From an uncultured Actinomycetota bacterium (GTDB lineage: Bacteria; Actinomycetota; Actinomycetes; Mycobacteriales; Mycobacteriaceae), in the NCBI GenBank assembly GCA_963720085.1, contig CAVRER010000080.1:94428-158427 (forward strand): a DNA stretch of 64,000 nucleotides, given 5' to 3'. Position numbers and translations under genes: made by a program. A model generated the notes under the pieces. The model saw only the letters and a program-made list of their open reading frames with translations, was not told where the DNA came from and made no database searches. Within the stretch, counting starts at the first letter, position 1, and every line of letters starts with the position of its first letter. Shown one piece after another: positions 34,313-43,746 of the stretch.

Positions 34313-34721
34313 TTAGCTAGGCACCAACCGCAGCGAGATCGAGTTGATGCAGTAACGCTGATCCGTCGGGGTCGGATAGCCCTCGCCGGCGAATACGTGG
34401 CCCAGATGGCTGTGGCAATTGGCGCACAACACCTCGGTGCGGACGGTGCCCATCGAGTGATCCGGGCGCAGGATTACCGCCTCGGAGTTGGCCGGGTCGA
34501 AGAATGACGGCCAGCCGCAATGAGATTCGAACTTCTCGGAGCTGCGGAACAGTTCGGCGCCGCACGCCCGGCACTGGTAGACGCCGGTGGTCTTGGTGTC
34601 GGTGTACTCACCGGTGAACGGGCGCTCGGTGCCGGCCCGTCGCAGCACGTCGAACTCCTGCGGGTTGAGTTTCTTGCGCCACTCGTCGTCGGATCAGTTG
34701 CACGTTCGGACGCGAGGTCAT
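34313..34721 (-). pseudogene. msrB: Peptide-methionine (R)-S-oxide reductase MsrB with a 1-nt insertion at codon ~10 (~34694)
   Basis: ATG 34721 gives MTSRPNVQL. One extra base (ctgAtccgac) puts SDDEWRKKLNPQEFDVLRRAGTERPFTGEYTD...CRACGAELF...CANCHSHLGHVF...RYCINSISL in the next frame. All catalytic and Zn motifs lie downstream, and an in-frame GTG at 34648 could allow re-initiation. Confidence 0.8.
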
Positions 34722-34730
34722 CGGCGGAGC

Positions 34731-36054
34731 TCATGCATCCACGCTAGCGCGCGGCTGCTTGGCCGTCAGCCATGCCGGGTCGATCCCGTTGTCCAGCCGG
34801 TTTTCGGCTTTGGCATCCAGGTAGCGGAAGTAGAGCACGCTGAACACCACGATCAGCACTAGCGACCAGCCGTAGGTGATCTTCAGGTATTCCAGCGGCC
34901 GCCCGATGGACATCCAGTTGAACAGCAGCCAGCGATCCATCGTCAGGAAGCCGTAGATGCCCAGCCACGCCGGCCAGTTGCGAATCACCGAGTTGGGCAA
35001 CACGACCGTCATCAGGAATGGGAACAGCATCATCGAGTAGTAGCCCTGGGCCAGCGACAGCACCAGCCACGACCACAGCAACAGCACGCCCGAGGACGTG
35101 GTGAACCAGAACAACGGGTCGCGGGTGCGGTAGTAGCGGTACAGCAGCCACAAACTGCCAATGGCGAGCAGAGTGAACAGGATTCGCAGGAACAGGATCA
35201 GCCAGAAAGGCAGCCCGAAGTACACGCCGTTGCCTTCGATCGAGCTGTTGAAGTAGTCACGAACGCCCAACATGTAAGGCAGCGTGCGGGTCAAGAAGTC
35301 CTCTGGATGGACGACCAACGGCAGCGCGGCCAGATTGAACACCACCGGCACCACGATGGCAGCCAGCACCGCGCGCCACTGACGGTTCAGCAGCGGCAAC
35401 AGCAGCAGCGGCGCCAGCACGGGTTTGACCACCAGCGCCAGCCCGATCGCGATGCCGGCCCACCATTGATGTTCGGCCCCGCCGGTTTTGGAGCCGTCCA
35501 GCAGCCACCGTAAAAACAGCACCTCAAGCAGCAGAATGCAGCCATTGATGTTGGTGAAAACCAGTGTGTTGGTTACGGATTCGGTGCAGAACATCGCCAA
35601 AAGCAGCGCCGGGGCCGCGACCGAGGTCAGCTTGAAGTTGAACATCCGCAGTAGCACGTACCCCGCCAGCACGATGGCGGCGCTGTTGAACGCGATGAAC
35701 AAGTAGCGCGACTCCGCGAATGGCAGATAGCCAAAGGGCGCCATGATCAGCGTGCCGCCGGGCGGGATACAGGTAGTGCGGGTCGACGTAGTCGAAGTGC
35801 TCGTTGTAGATGTCCCAGCCGTGCCGGAAGTTCAGCACCGCGCGGTAGACCGGCTTGAAATCGTCGGTGATGTTGCCGTTGGTGGTCACCACGATGGTGC
35901 GGTGGATTACTGCCAGGATGGCCACCGGCCACAGCACCGAACGCAGCACGGTCGCAGTATTCGGCGCGGCGGTGCGGGGACCGAATGTGGCCTGCGCCCA
36001 ATCGCGCAGACCGCCACGAGGTGAATCAACTGCCGTCACGAGCGCACCGTACAC
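34731..36054 (-). pseudogene. aftC: Arabinofuranosyltransferase AftC (GT-C / GT87-like, Rv2673-like) with a 1-nt insertion at ~35764-35766
   Basis: N-terminal frame: MYGALVTAVDSPRGG...NGNITDDFKPVYRAVLNFRHGWDIYNEHFDYVDPHYLYP. The expected PGGTLIMAPFGYLPFAESRYLF... continues in another frame (34731..35744). The observed tatCCCgcccggc would restore one ORF if it were tatCCgcccggc. Confidence 0.8.
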
Positions 36055-36072
36055 GGGCGATCGCCCGACGGG

Positions 36073-37634
36073 TCAGGCGGGACAGTAGGTGTCGGTGGAC
36101 GGCAACTGGCCGCTGTCCAGGTAGCCGATCAGCGGCGGGACCGCGCATGAGGAGTAGATGCTGGCGCCGTGGCCGATCCCTTGCCACATCACCCGCTTGC
36201 TGGCTGCGGTGGCGTTGATGATGGTGGCGGCGGTGGCCGAGACGCCTTCCGACCCGACAATCGAGTCGTTCTGCACGCCCATCAGAAGCACGTTGACTTT
36301 GAGAACCTTCGGTGGCTGCGGCGGCGTCGTGCTCGGCCAGGAGACGCATTTGACCAGATTGAGCGCACCGACAGTGCCGAACTGGGGGTAGAGCTTGCCC
36401 CAGGCGACCACCAGCTCCCGTACCCGATCGGGTGTCGGGCGGTTGAGCGCGTCACTGCATGAATTGACGAACTGCCCGTCGGTGCCGGTGATGCCCTGTG
36501 CCCGGTTGACCAGGCTGGTCAGCAGATTGGTGTCACCGGAGCGCGCGGTTGCGAGTGCGGTGGCCAAGTCGTTGGTGGTGCTGACCCCGTCACCGGTGGG
36601 GTAGCCCAGCGCGGTGCTGATCGCGTTCGCGAGGGTCGCTACCGACATACCTCCGGGGCCGTGGCCGGCGCGGGCGTCGGCCAGCAGCGAGCTCGACCGC
36701 GGCTTTGGGGTCGGGGCCCAGAGGACAGTTCACCGCGGCGCATTGCGCGGCGAATGCATCCAGTGCCGATTGCTGTCCTTTGACCTGTTGCTCGGCGGCG
36801 GCTTCGGCGCCCACGCCCAACGCGATCGGGGAATCGAGGACCAGCCTGGCGACCTTGTCGGGATGCGAGCTTGCGTAGGACAGCGCCACCTGGGCGCCGT
36901 TGCCGATGCCGATCAGCGCCAGCGCGGGCACGTCCCAGATGCTGCGCAGCCGCTCGATGTCGGTGGCGGCGTGGGTGTCGTCGTAGGCGGAGTCGCCGGG
37001 CGCGATGGTGTCGGTGCAGCTGGTGGTGGCGTTCTGCACGATGTCCGCGAGGTTGGCGACGGGATCGTTGCCGGCCTCGAACTGCGACTGGTCGCGGATC
37101 TCCTGGCGGTCGAACTGGTCGAGGCAGTCGACCGGGCTCGACAGGCCCATGCCGCGGCGGTCGACGGCGACGATGGGGTGCTTTTGCAGCACGTCGGCGC
37201 CCGCGCGCGCCAGCCACACCGGCAGCTGCAGCGACGAGGGCAGATCCGAGCCGGTGGTGAAGACCAGCGGGCCGGCATCGCGCGGGGTCTGCGCCGAGCG
37301 GGCGCGCACCACACCGATGCTCAGCGTGCCGGCCGCGCCGTTGACCGGGTCGAGGTCGGCGTCGTAGCTTGCGCAATCCAGCTTGACGCCGGGTGCCGGT
37401 GGGGACCGCGGCGTCGCTGAATTCCTTCGACGTGCAGTCGCGCCACGACAAGTCGTTCTTGGGCGCGGCGATCGGCGGCGGACCATTGGGCGGCTTCGCC
37501 GTGGTGGCCTGTCCCTGCGGCCGGGCGCCCGCGTTGGTGGCGAACCGCGGGTTGGCGGCCAATCCAGGCGCACAGCCGGCCAGCAACCCCGTCGCCACGA
37601 TCAACGACGTGGCGATTGCGGCGTGCCGGCTCAT
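36073..37634 (-). pseudogene. Secreted/lipoprotein alpha/beta-hydrolase (tripeptidyl-aminopeptidase-like, Rv2672-like) with two frameshifts (~37401-37404 and ~36689)
   Basis: A lipoprotein-type signal MSRHAAIATSLIVATGLLAGC starts at ATG 37634. Three consecutive frames carry ...KNDLSWRDCTSKEFSDAAVP / PAPGVKLDCASYDADLDPVNGAAGTLSIGVVRA...LIGIGNGAQVALSYASSHPDKVARLVLDSP... / ...LLADARAGHGPGGMSVATLANAISTALGYP...CPA. Confidence 0.75.
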
Positions 37635-37717
37635 GCCGACCACAGTAGCCATTCCCGCGCTCACGTCCTGCGCGGCGCCTCCTCGGCCCGTTCCGGCCCG
37701 CATCGTTGCCGCGCGAC

Positions 37718-38468
37718 TCAGGCTTTCACGTAGCGGGTGTACAGGTAGCCGTCGTCGTCGGTGAGGATGTGCGCGCAGCGCATCCCGGTCAGCACCTGCC
37801 CCGGGCCAGCGGCGATGCGGCCGCCCTGACCGCCGACCAGGCTCGGCGCGATCGTCAGGCACAGTTCGTCGAGCAGGCCGCGCTCGACGAACGAGCCGAA
37901 CAGCGTCGGGCCGCCCTCGGTCAAGACCCGGTACAGGCCCGCGATCGGCCAGCGCCGCCAGCACCGCGGCTTCGTCGACCCGGCCCGGGTCGTCGGTCGA
38001 GCAGTCGACGACGTCGGCGAGGCCGGCCAGCCCGCGGCGGGTCTGGTCGGCCACCGCCGCGCAGGTGCACACCAGCGGCGGCACCTCGGTGCGGGTGAAC
38101 ACCGGCATATCCCGGTCCAGGCGGCCGGATTTGGTGACGATCGCCAGCTGTGGGACTTCGCTTTGCCCGCAGGCCTGGCGGCGCTGGCGCTGAGCGACGC
38201 TCGGACGTGCGCCGGAGTAGTCCTCCGCCCGTACCGTGCCCGCGCCGACCAGGATCACGTCGGCGAGTTCGCGCAGCAGGCTGAACAACGCCCGATCGCC
38301 GGGCCCGCCCAGGCGACCGGTGGTGCCGCCGACGGTGGCGCCGCCGTCGAGGCTGGCGATGAAGTTCGCCCGAAGCCAGATCCTGTTCAGCTCCGCCGGG
38401 TAGCCGTAGAGCTCGGGCAGTTCGCCGCCGTCGAGTTCGCGGACCGAGCCGAGCAGTCTCAGCTGCAT
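37718..38468 (-). pseudogene. RibD C-terminal-domain (DHFR-like) reductase (Rv2671-like) with a 1-nt insertion at ~37937
   Basis: MQLRLLGSVRELDGGELPELYGYP...ANFIASLDGGATVGGTTGRLGGPGDRALFSLLRELADVILVGAGTVRAEDY...AALADRG. The expected LYRVLTEGGPTLFGSFVERGLLDELCLTIAPSLVGG... is in the 37718..37924 frame. The observed gggCctgtac would restore one ORF if it were gggctgtac. Confidence 0.75.
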
Positions 38469-38498
38469 CCCGCCGGCTGGTCGGCAGCTTGGTCAGAC

Positions 38499-39598
38499 AT
38501 GGGCATGATTGCAACACGTCGGTACGGTGCCTGCATGCACGGCCCCACCTCCGCCGATGCCACCGGCGGAGTTGCTCATCTGGTCGATCGGCAGCCGACG
38601 GTGTCGCCCGAACGGCTGATCGCCCAGCTGACGCCGCCGCCGACCTTCGCCGAGGTGAGCTTCGCGAGCTATCACCCCGACCCGGCCGAGCCGACGCAGT
38701 CCGCCGCCGTCGCGGCTTGCCAACAGTTCTGCCGGCAGGCCGTCGAGCGCCGCGCCGGCCGCAAGAAGCTGTTCGGCAGGCGAGAGGTGTTGCCGGGTGT
38801 CGGGCTGTACCTCGACGGTGGTTTCGGCGTCGGCAAGACGCATCTGCTGGCCGCTGCCTACCGTCAGCTGCCCGATGATTTGCCTGATAAGAAGCCCACC
38901 CCAAGGCGTTCGCGACGTTCATGGAGCTGACCCAGCTCGCCGGGGTGTTCGGCTTCGCCGAATGCATCGACCTGCTTGGGCATTACACGCTGTTGTGCAT
39001 CGACGAGTTCGAGCTGGACGACCCGGGAAACACCACGCTGGTATCGCGGCTGCTTTCCCAACTCGTCGAGCGCGGTGTGTCGGTGGCCGCGACGTCCAAC
39101 ACGCTGCCCGAGCAGCTGGGGGAGGGCCGTTTCGCCGCGCAGGATTTCCTGCGTGAAATCAACACGCTGGCAGCCATTTTCGACGTCGTCCGGATCGATG
39201 GACCCGACTACCGGCATCGCGAGTTGCCGGCTGCGCCCCAGCCGCCGACCGACGAACAAGTCGCCGCGCGTGCCGCGACCGTCCCGGGCGCGACGCTCGA
39301 CGACTTCGACGCGCTCTGCGCCCATCTGGCCACCATGCACCCGTCGCGTTATCTGACGCTGATCGAAGGTGTGACGGCGGTGTTCCTGACCGGCGTGCAC
39401 GCCATCGACGACCAGAACGTGGCGCTGCGGCTGGTGGCGCTGACCGACCGGCTCTACGACGCCGGCATCCCGGTGCTGGCTTCCGGCGAGAAGCTGGACC
39501 GCGTCTTCAGCGAGGAGATGCTGGCCGGTGGCTTCCGGAAGAAGTACCTGCGGGCCACGTCGCGGCTGCTGGCCCTGACTGCAGCCGTCAACGCTTAG
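38499..39598 (+). pseudogene. zapE: AFG1/ZapE-family ATPase (Rv2670c-like) with a 1-nt deletion in a C-run at 38899-38902
   Basis: Walker A GLYLDGGFGVGKTHLLAAAY is in frame 1. ...KAFATFMELTQLAGVFGF...LLCIDEFELDDPGNT...ATSNTLPEQLGEGRF... is in frame 2. Stops on both sides confine the shift to gaagcccacccc. The start (38499 versus 38535) is uncertain. Confidence 0.7.
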
Positions 39599-40119
39599 AG
39601 CTGCCGCACCATCACGTAGTCGTTTTCAGTACCTGCGCCCAATTGAAATGTCCTGGTGCCGTTGACGGTAAAGCCGCACTTTTCGTAAAACCGTTGTGCG
39701 CGAGCGTTTTCCTGATTGACGCCCAGCCATACGCAGCCGGCGCCCCATTCGACGGCGGCGGTGAGCGCGGCGTTCATCAGTGCCGTCGATACGCCCGAGC
39801 CGTGATGGTCCGGCAGCACGTACATCTTCGAAAGCTCCACGGCTGGTCGAACCCGCACGGCGCGCTGCACGTCGGGATCGTCGCCGACACCGCGAATCAG
39901 CATGGCGTAACCGACAATTCGATCGTCGTGGCTGGCAGTGAGGATCAGCCGTTGCGGATCGGCCAGATACTCGGCAAAGCGCGCGTCGGATAGGTTGGCG
40001 TCGACGAACGCCGCGATGTTCGCGCGGGTGACCGACGGGGGACACGCCAGCGGAAAGGTGCGTGCGGCGACCCCGGCCAACTCGGCGATGTCGACGGAAT
40101 CCGCCGTGGCGATGCGCAC
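39595..40119 (-). CDS. GNAT family N-acetyltransferase (Rv2669-like)
   Basis: ...IVGYAMLIRG...LSKMYVLPDHHGSGVSTALMNAALTAAVEWGAGCVWLGVNQENARAQRFYEKCGF. Start at GTG 40119 or TTG 40125. Confidence 0.8.
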   Translation of the reverse strand: MRIATADSVDIAELAGVAARTFPLACPPSVTRANIAAFVDANLSDARFAEYLADPQRLILTASHDDRIVGYAMLIRGVGDDPDVQRAVRVRPAVELSKMYVLPDHHGSGVSTALMNAALTAAVEWGAGCVWLGVNQENARAQRFYEKCGFTVNGTRTFQLGAGTENDYVMVRQL

Positions 40120-40133
40120 CGCCAAAGACGCGG

Positions 40134-40640
40134 CTATAGGTTCCACTGCGCCAGGTGATAGCCCGTCTTCTTGTCCAGCAGCACGACGTTGGAGACCGGG
40201 TCGCGGTAGGCCTCCCAATACACGCCGCCGCGAACTATCGAGCCCGGCGGTGCGTTCGTCAGCGCGGCATCCAGCGCGTCGGGTGCGTCGGACGGGCGGG
40301 ATTTATAGGCGTCGCCGAACGGGGTTACCCCGTCGAAGGTGAAATCGGTCAGCATCTGGTGCGGGTTCGGCACCCGGACCGCGTGGATCGCCACGTCCGC
40401 GCGCACTACCGCGCTGTCCGGGAAGCTCTTGACCGGGATGCCGACGCGGTTGTAGCCGAACCCCGGCGGCGGGTCGACCGGTTGCACGCTGCTGACCATG
40501 ACGTCGGCGATCATTTTTCCGGTGTCGACCCGCAACGTGTCACCGAGGTGGCCGATCGGCGCGTCGCCGGCCGATGCGCGCGGGACCCCGAGCAGGGTGG
40601 CGGCGAAGACGGTGACCAATACGACTAGGCAGCGGCGCAT
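40134..40640 (-). CDS. Secreted protein, tentatively MPT63/DUF1942-like (Rv2668-like)
   Basis: ATG 40640 follows GAGGAGAAAAG. Signal peptide MRRCLVVLVTVFAATLLGVPRASA, then a beta-rich ~145-aa domain. The family assignment is from memory of sequence patterns only. Confidence 0.65.
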   Translation of the reverse strand: MRRCLVVLVTVFAATLLGVPRASAGDAPIGHLGDTLRVDTGKMIADVMVSSVQPVDPPPGFGYNRVGIPVKSFPDSAVVRADVAIHAVRVPNPHQMLTDFTFDGVTPFGDAYKSRPSDAPDALDAALTNAPPGSIVRGGVYWEAYRDPVSNVVLLDKKTGYHLAQWNL

Positions 40641-40724
40641 CTTTTCTCCTCTGGGCCGGCCTCTATGACTCTCGCATGATGGCACACCGCGGAGTCTGCG
40701 TCGCCGGGTTGTGCAACGCTGTGG

Positions 40725-41462
40725 TCAGTTCTTCTGCCGGGCCACCAGAGATTCCAGTACAGCAGTCAGATCAGTTTCGACGCGGTCCTTGTCGATGCCT
40801 GCCCGGTGCAGCGGCCCGCTGCCGTCTTCCAGTTCGAGCAGCGCGAGCAGCAGATGCTCGGTGCCGATGTAGTTGTGGCCCAAGCGAAGTGCCTCACGGA
40901 AGGTCAACTCGAGTACTTTGCGGGCCGGGCCGCTGAACGGAATCAGCTGCGGTGGGTTGGCTATGGCCGATGGCAGCGTGATCGCTGCACGCACAGATTC
41001 GGGATCGACCTGCTGCGCGGCCAGCAGCTTGGTGGCCAGCGCGTCCGCGTCGCTCAGCACGCCGAGCAATAGGTGGTCGGGGGTGATCTCGGCGTTGTGC
41101 GCCTCGTGCGCGGCGTTTTGAGCGGCGACGACGACGTTGCGGGCCCGGGGGGTGAAGCGTTCGAATCCCTGGTTGGGGTCAAGTGTCGTGGCCTCGGCCC
41201 GCAGCACGAACCGCTTCTGTGCTGCTTGCTTGGTGACGCCCATGCTCTTGCCGATGTCAGTCCAGGACGCTCCTGATCGGCGGGCCTGATCGACGAAGTG
41301 CCCGATCAGGTGGTCGGCGACCTCGCCGAGGTGTTCGGCCGCCAAGACGGCGTCGCTGAGCTGGTCGAGCACGTCGGTGTGCACCTGCTTGATGGCGTTG
41401 ATCAGCTCGTCGAGCCGGACGGGATGGCTGATCGGTCTGGGCCCGGAGGCGGGGTCTGTCAT
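40725..41462 (-). CDS. clpC2: Clp N-terminal (Clp_N repeat) domain protein ClpC2-like
   Basis: 245 aa: ...FERFTPRARNVVVAAQNAAHEAHNAEITPDHLLLGVL... and ...PFSGPARKVLELTFREALRLGHNYIGTEHLLLALLE, two Clp_N repeats with no AAA+ module. Confidence 0.85.
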   Translation of the reverse strand: MTDPASGPRPISHPVRLDELINAIKQVHTDVLDQLSDAVLAAEHLGEVADHLIGHFVDQARRSGASWTDIGKSMGVTKQAAQKRFVLRAEATTLDPNQGFERFTPRARNVVVAAQNAAHEAHNAEITPDHLLLGVLSDADALATKLLAAQQVDPESVRAAITLPSAIANPPQLIPFSGPARKVLELTFREALRLGHNYIGTEHLLLALLELEDGSGPLHRAGIDKDRVETDLTAVLESLVARQKN

Positions 41463-41537
41463 GCCGTCAACGTTAGGTTGACGGCAAGTGATTCGTCAAC
41501 TATGGGTTGACGTTCAGCTTTTGCGAGCGGTGCTCAC

Positions 41538-42023
41538 TTAGCCCTTCGAGTAGCCGCGACGCACGGTGCGATCCAAGATGCCCAGGGTGGCCCGCAATGC
41601 GAGTACGGAAATCACGGGGAAAATGCCGGCTTCACGCCACTGATCGTCGATCTGGGACCAGTCGTAGAACGACGTGACGAGCGTGCCTTCGCCGGTTTCG
41701 TCGGGTTCGAGGCGGTATCCGTATACGTGGCCGAGCTGCGGGCGGATCTGGCCCAGAACCGTCCACGAGATCAGCCGGTCGGGCTCGAAGTCGCGAATGT
41801 TGACGGTGACGTCATACTTGCCCAGTTCCGGAAAGTCGTTGAGCGCGTCACGGTCCATATGGACGACGAAGCTGTCGCCCGCGGCGGCAACGGGGCCGCC
41901 TTCGGCGTCCTGCAGCATTCCGGATGAATCGATGGCGACGTGACCCTGCGGATCGCAGAGCACTGCGAAAATATCGGCTGGGGGAGCGGCGATCTTGCGT
42001 TGGACTTCCAGTTTCTCGGCCAC
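41538..42023 (-). CDS. SRPBCC (polyketide cyclase/START-like) family protein
   Basis: From GTG 42023: VAEKLEVQRKIAAPPADIFAVLCDPQGHVAIDSSGML...LISWTVLG...TLVTSFYDWSQ, 161 aa. Confidence 0.75.
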   Translation of the reverse strand: MAEKLEVQRKIAAPPADIFAVLCDPQGHVAIDSSGMLQDAEGGPVAAAGDSFVVHMDRDALNDFPELGKYDVTVNIRDFEPDRLISWTVLGQIRPQLGHVYGYRLEPDETGEGTLVTSFYDWSQIDDQWREAGIFPVISVLALRATLGILDRTVRRGYSKG

Positions 42024-42098
42024 CGTCTGATCTTGGCAGGATGACTGCGCGCGCGGGGCCGATACGACAACGGGGTTGACGTGAGTCATGATGGGCGG

Positions 42099-42488
42099 AT
42101 GCGACGTTTCCTGGTGCTGCTCGGCGTCGCCGCCATGCTGGGTTTGGCCGTGCCGGCGCAGGCCGACCCGGGCGTTGACGCGAACCTTGATGCGAGCTTT
42201 CTCGATGCGCTCACCAAAGCGGGCATCACCGTCAAAAGCCGGGCGGGCGCCGTCAAGGCCGGTAAGGCAGCATGCGGGATGATGGAGCAGGGGCAGCCGG
42301 AACTTGACGTCATCCAGCGCGTGACGAGGCAGAATCCGGGCTTGGACACGACCAGGGCGGCAAAGTTCACCGCGATAGCGGCCAGCGCCTACTGCCCGCA
42401 ATACCTGCAACGCGCCGGTGGCAGCGGTGCCGACAGTGCCCAGCCTCCACCCAACCCAGTAAGCACATCGGGCGGACAACACGAGTAG
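42099..42488 (+). CDS. DUF732 secreted protein, paralogue a
   Basis: MRRFLVLLGVAAMLGLAVPAQADPGVDANLDASFLDALTKAGITVKSRAGAVKAGKAACGMMEQGQPELDVIQRV...AIAASAYCPQYLQ. Confidence 0.8.
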   Translation: MRRFLVLLGVAAMLGLAVPAQADPGVDANLDASFLDALTKAGITVKSRAGAVKAGKAACGMMEQGQPELDVIQRVTRQNPGLDTTRAAKFTAIAASAYCPQYLQRAGGSGADSAQPPPNPVSTSGGQHE

Positions 42489-42508
42489 CGGCTTTGCCGC
42501 AAAAGCAC

Positions 42509-42823
42509 TTACAGCATCGGCAGGATGTCGGCCATGAAGTTGCCCTCTGCGGCCGCATGGAGCATGTCGGCGAAGACCGCGGTGAGGTCGAAATTTCCGT
42601 CACCGGCGTAGGCCGTACTGCCCATGGTGCCAAATGGGTCGAAAATCATGGCGATGTCATTGCTGCTGGCGGTCTCAGTGAAGAGGACGCCGAACCCGGC
42701 CATGGTCTCTTGAACCAAGGCGAAGGCGACGTCGTCGTTGCCTAGATAGGTGGTGGTGCCGGCGGCAAAGATGTCTGCTGGGCGAGCGCCGATCCTGCGT
42801 TGGACTTCGATTTTCTCTGCCAC
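42509..42823 (-). CDS. Chimeric ORF: first ~19 codons of the duplicated SRPBCC gene fused to an unknown C-terminal segment
   Basis: From GTG 42823: VAEKIEVQRRIGARPADIF | [85 protein letters not shown]. Expression and function are unknown. Confidence 0.4.
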   Translation of the reverse strand: MAEKIEVQRRIGARPADIFAAGTTTYLGNDDVAFALVQETMAGFGVLFTETASSNDIAMIFDPFGTMGSTAYAGDGNFDLTAVFADMLHAAAEGNFMADILPML

Positions 42824-42898
42824 GGTCTGATCTTGGCAGTATTCCCGGGCGTGTTGTGCCGATACGACAATGGGCTTGACGTGAGTCATGATGGTCGG

Positions 42899-43291
42899 AT
42901 GCGACGTCTTCTGGTGCTGCTCGGCATCGCCGCCGCACTTGGGTTGGGCGTACCAGCGTACGCCGACCCCGGCAGCGCTGACCCGGGCGTTGACGCGAGC
43001 TTCCTGGACGCGCTGACGAAGGCCGGCATCACCTTTAACAACGGACCGAGCGCGGTCAACGCCGGCAAGACTGCGTGCGGGCTGATGGACCAGGGTCAGC
43101 CGGAACTCAACGTCATCCAGCACGTGACCGAGCAGAACCCGGGAATCAGCACGACCAGCGCCGCCAAGTTCACCGCGATCGCCGCGAGCGCCTACTGCCC
43201 GCAGTATCTGCAACGCGCCAGCGACAACGGAGGCGAGAGCACCGAGCCGCCACCGAACCGAGTGGGCATCTCGGGCGGACGGCGCGAGTAG
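42899..43291 (+). CDS. DUF732 secreted protein, paralogue b
   Basis: MRRLLVLLGIAAALGLGVPAYADPGSADPGVDASFLDALTKAGITFNNGPSAVNAGKTACGLMDQGQPELNVIQHV...AIAASAYCPQYLQ. Confidence 0.8.
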   Translation: MRRLLVLLGIAAALGLGVPAYADPGSADPGVDASFLDALTKAGITFNNGPSAVNAGKTACGLMDQGQPELNVIQHVTEQNPGISTTSAAKFTAIAASAYCPQYLQRASDNGGESTEPPPNRVGISGGRRE

Positions 43292-43343
43292 CGGCCTTGC
43301 CGCACAACCACATTCGTCACTCGACGGCGACGGCGATGATCCC

Positions 43344-43640
43344 TTACAGTATGTCGGCCAGGAAGCTGCCGCTAGTAGCCGGCGCGTGGAGCATGTCGCC
43401 GAAGGCCTCGGCGAGGTCGAAATTGCCGATACCGGCGAGGGCATCGCTGCCAGCCGTGCCAAACGGGTCGAAAACCATGGCGATGTCGTTGCTGCTGGCG
43501 GTCTCAGTGAAGAGGACGCCGGACCCGGCCATGGTCTGTTGACCCAAGGCGAAGGCGACGTCGTCGTTGCCTAGAAAGGTATGGATGCCGGCGGCGTCGG
43601 TGACGGTATCGCCGCTGGCTATGGCAGGACTACGCGAAAA
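43344..43640 (-). pseudogene. 5'-truncated copy of the unknown C-terminal segment seen in 42509-42765
   Basis: ...IASGDTVTDAAGIHTFLGNDDVAFALGQQTMAGSGVLFTETASSNDIAMVFDPFGTAGSDALAGIGNFDLAEAFGDMLHAPATSGSFLADIL*. The frame is closed by TAA just upstream, with no plausible start for the full segment. Confidence 0.5.
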
Positions 43641-43746
43641 AGCGCGCCGACATTATCGCCTCAGCCTGATGGAGTAGGCCCGCCACCCAAGCGGATGGCG
43701 GGCCGAGGTTCGGGTTGGGTTTGCACCCGCGCTTCAATGTAGAGGC

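Larger units (their letters stand above)
41964..43590. repeat. ~800-bp tandem segmental duplication (unit 1 ~41964-42764, unit 2 ~42765-43590)
   Basis: By direct alignment, gcgaaaatatcggctggg...ttggacttcca...gatacgacaa.ggg.ttgacgtgagtcatgatgg.cggatgcgacgt... recurs 801 nt downstream. Each unit holds the SRPBCC 5' end, a divergent promoter region, a DUF732 gene and an unknown minus-strand C-terminal coding segment. Confidence 0.85.

Noticed and set aside
36639-38468. 609-aa ORF spanning the RibD-like gene and the start of the Rv2672-like gene
   Set aside because: It is read-through created by the RibD-like frameshift at ~37937. The Arg/Pro-rich middle part is out-of-frame sequence. The conserved pieces belong to two separate genes.
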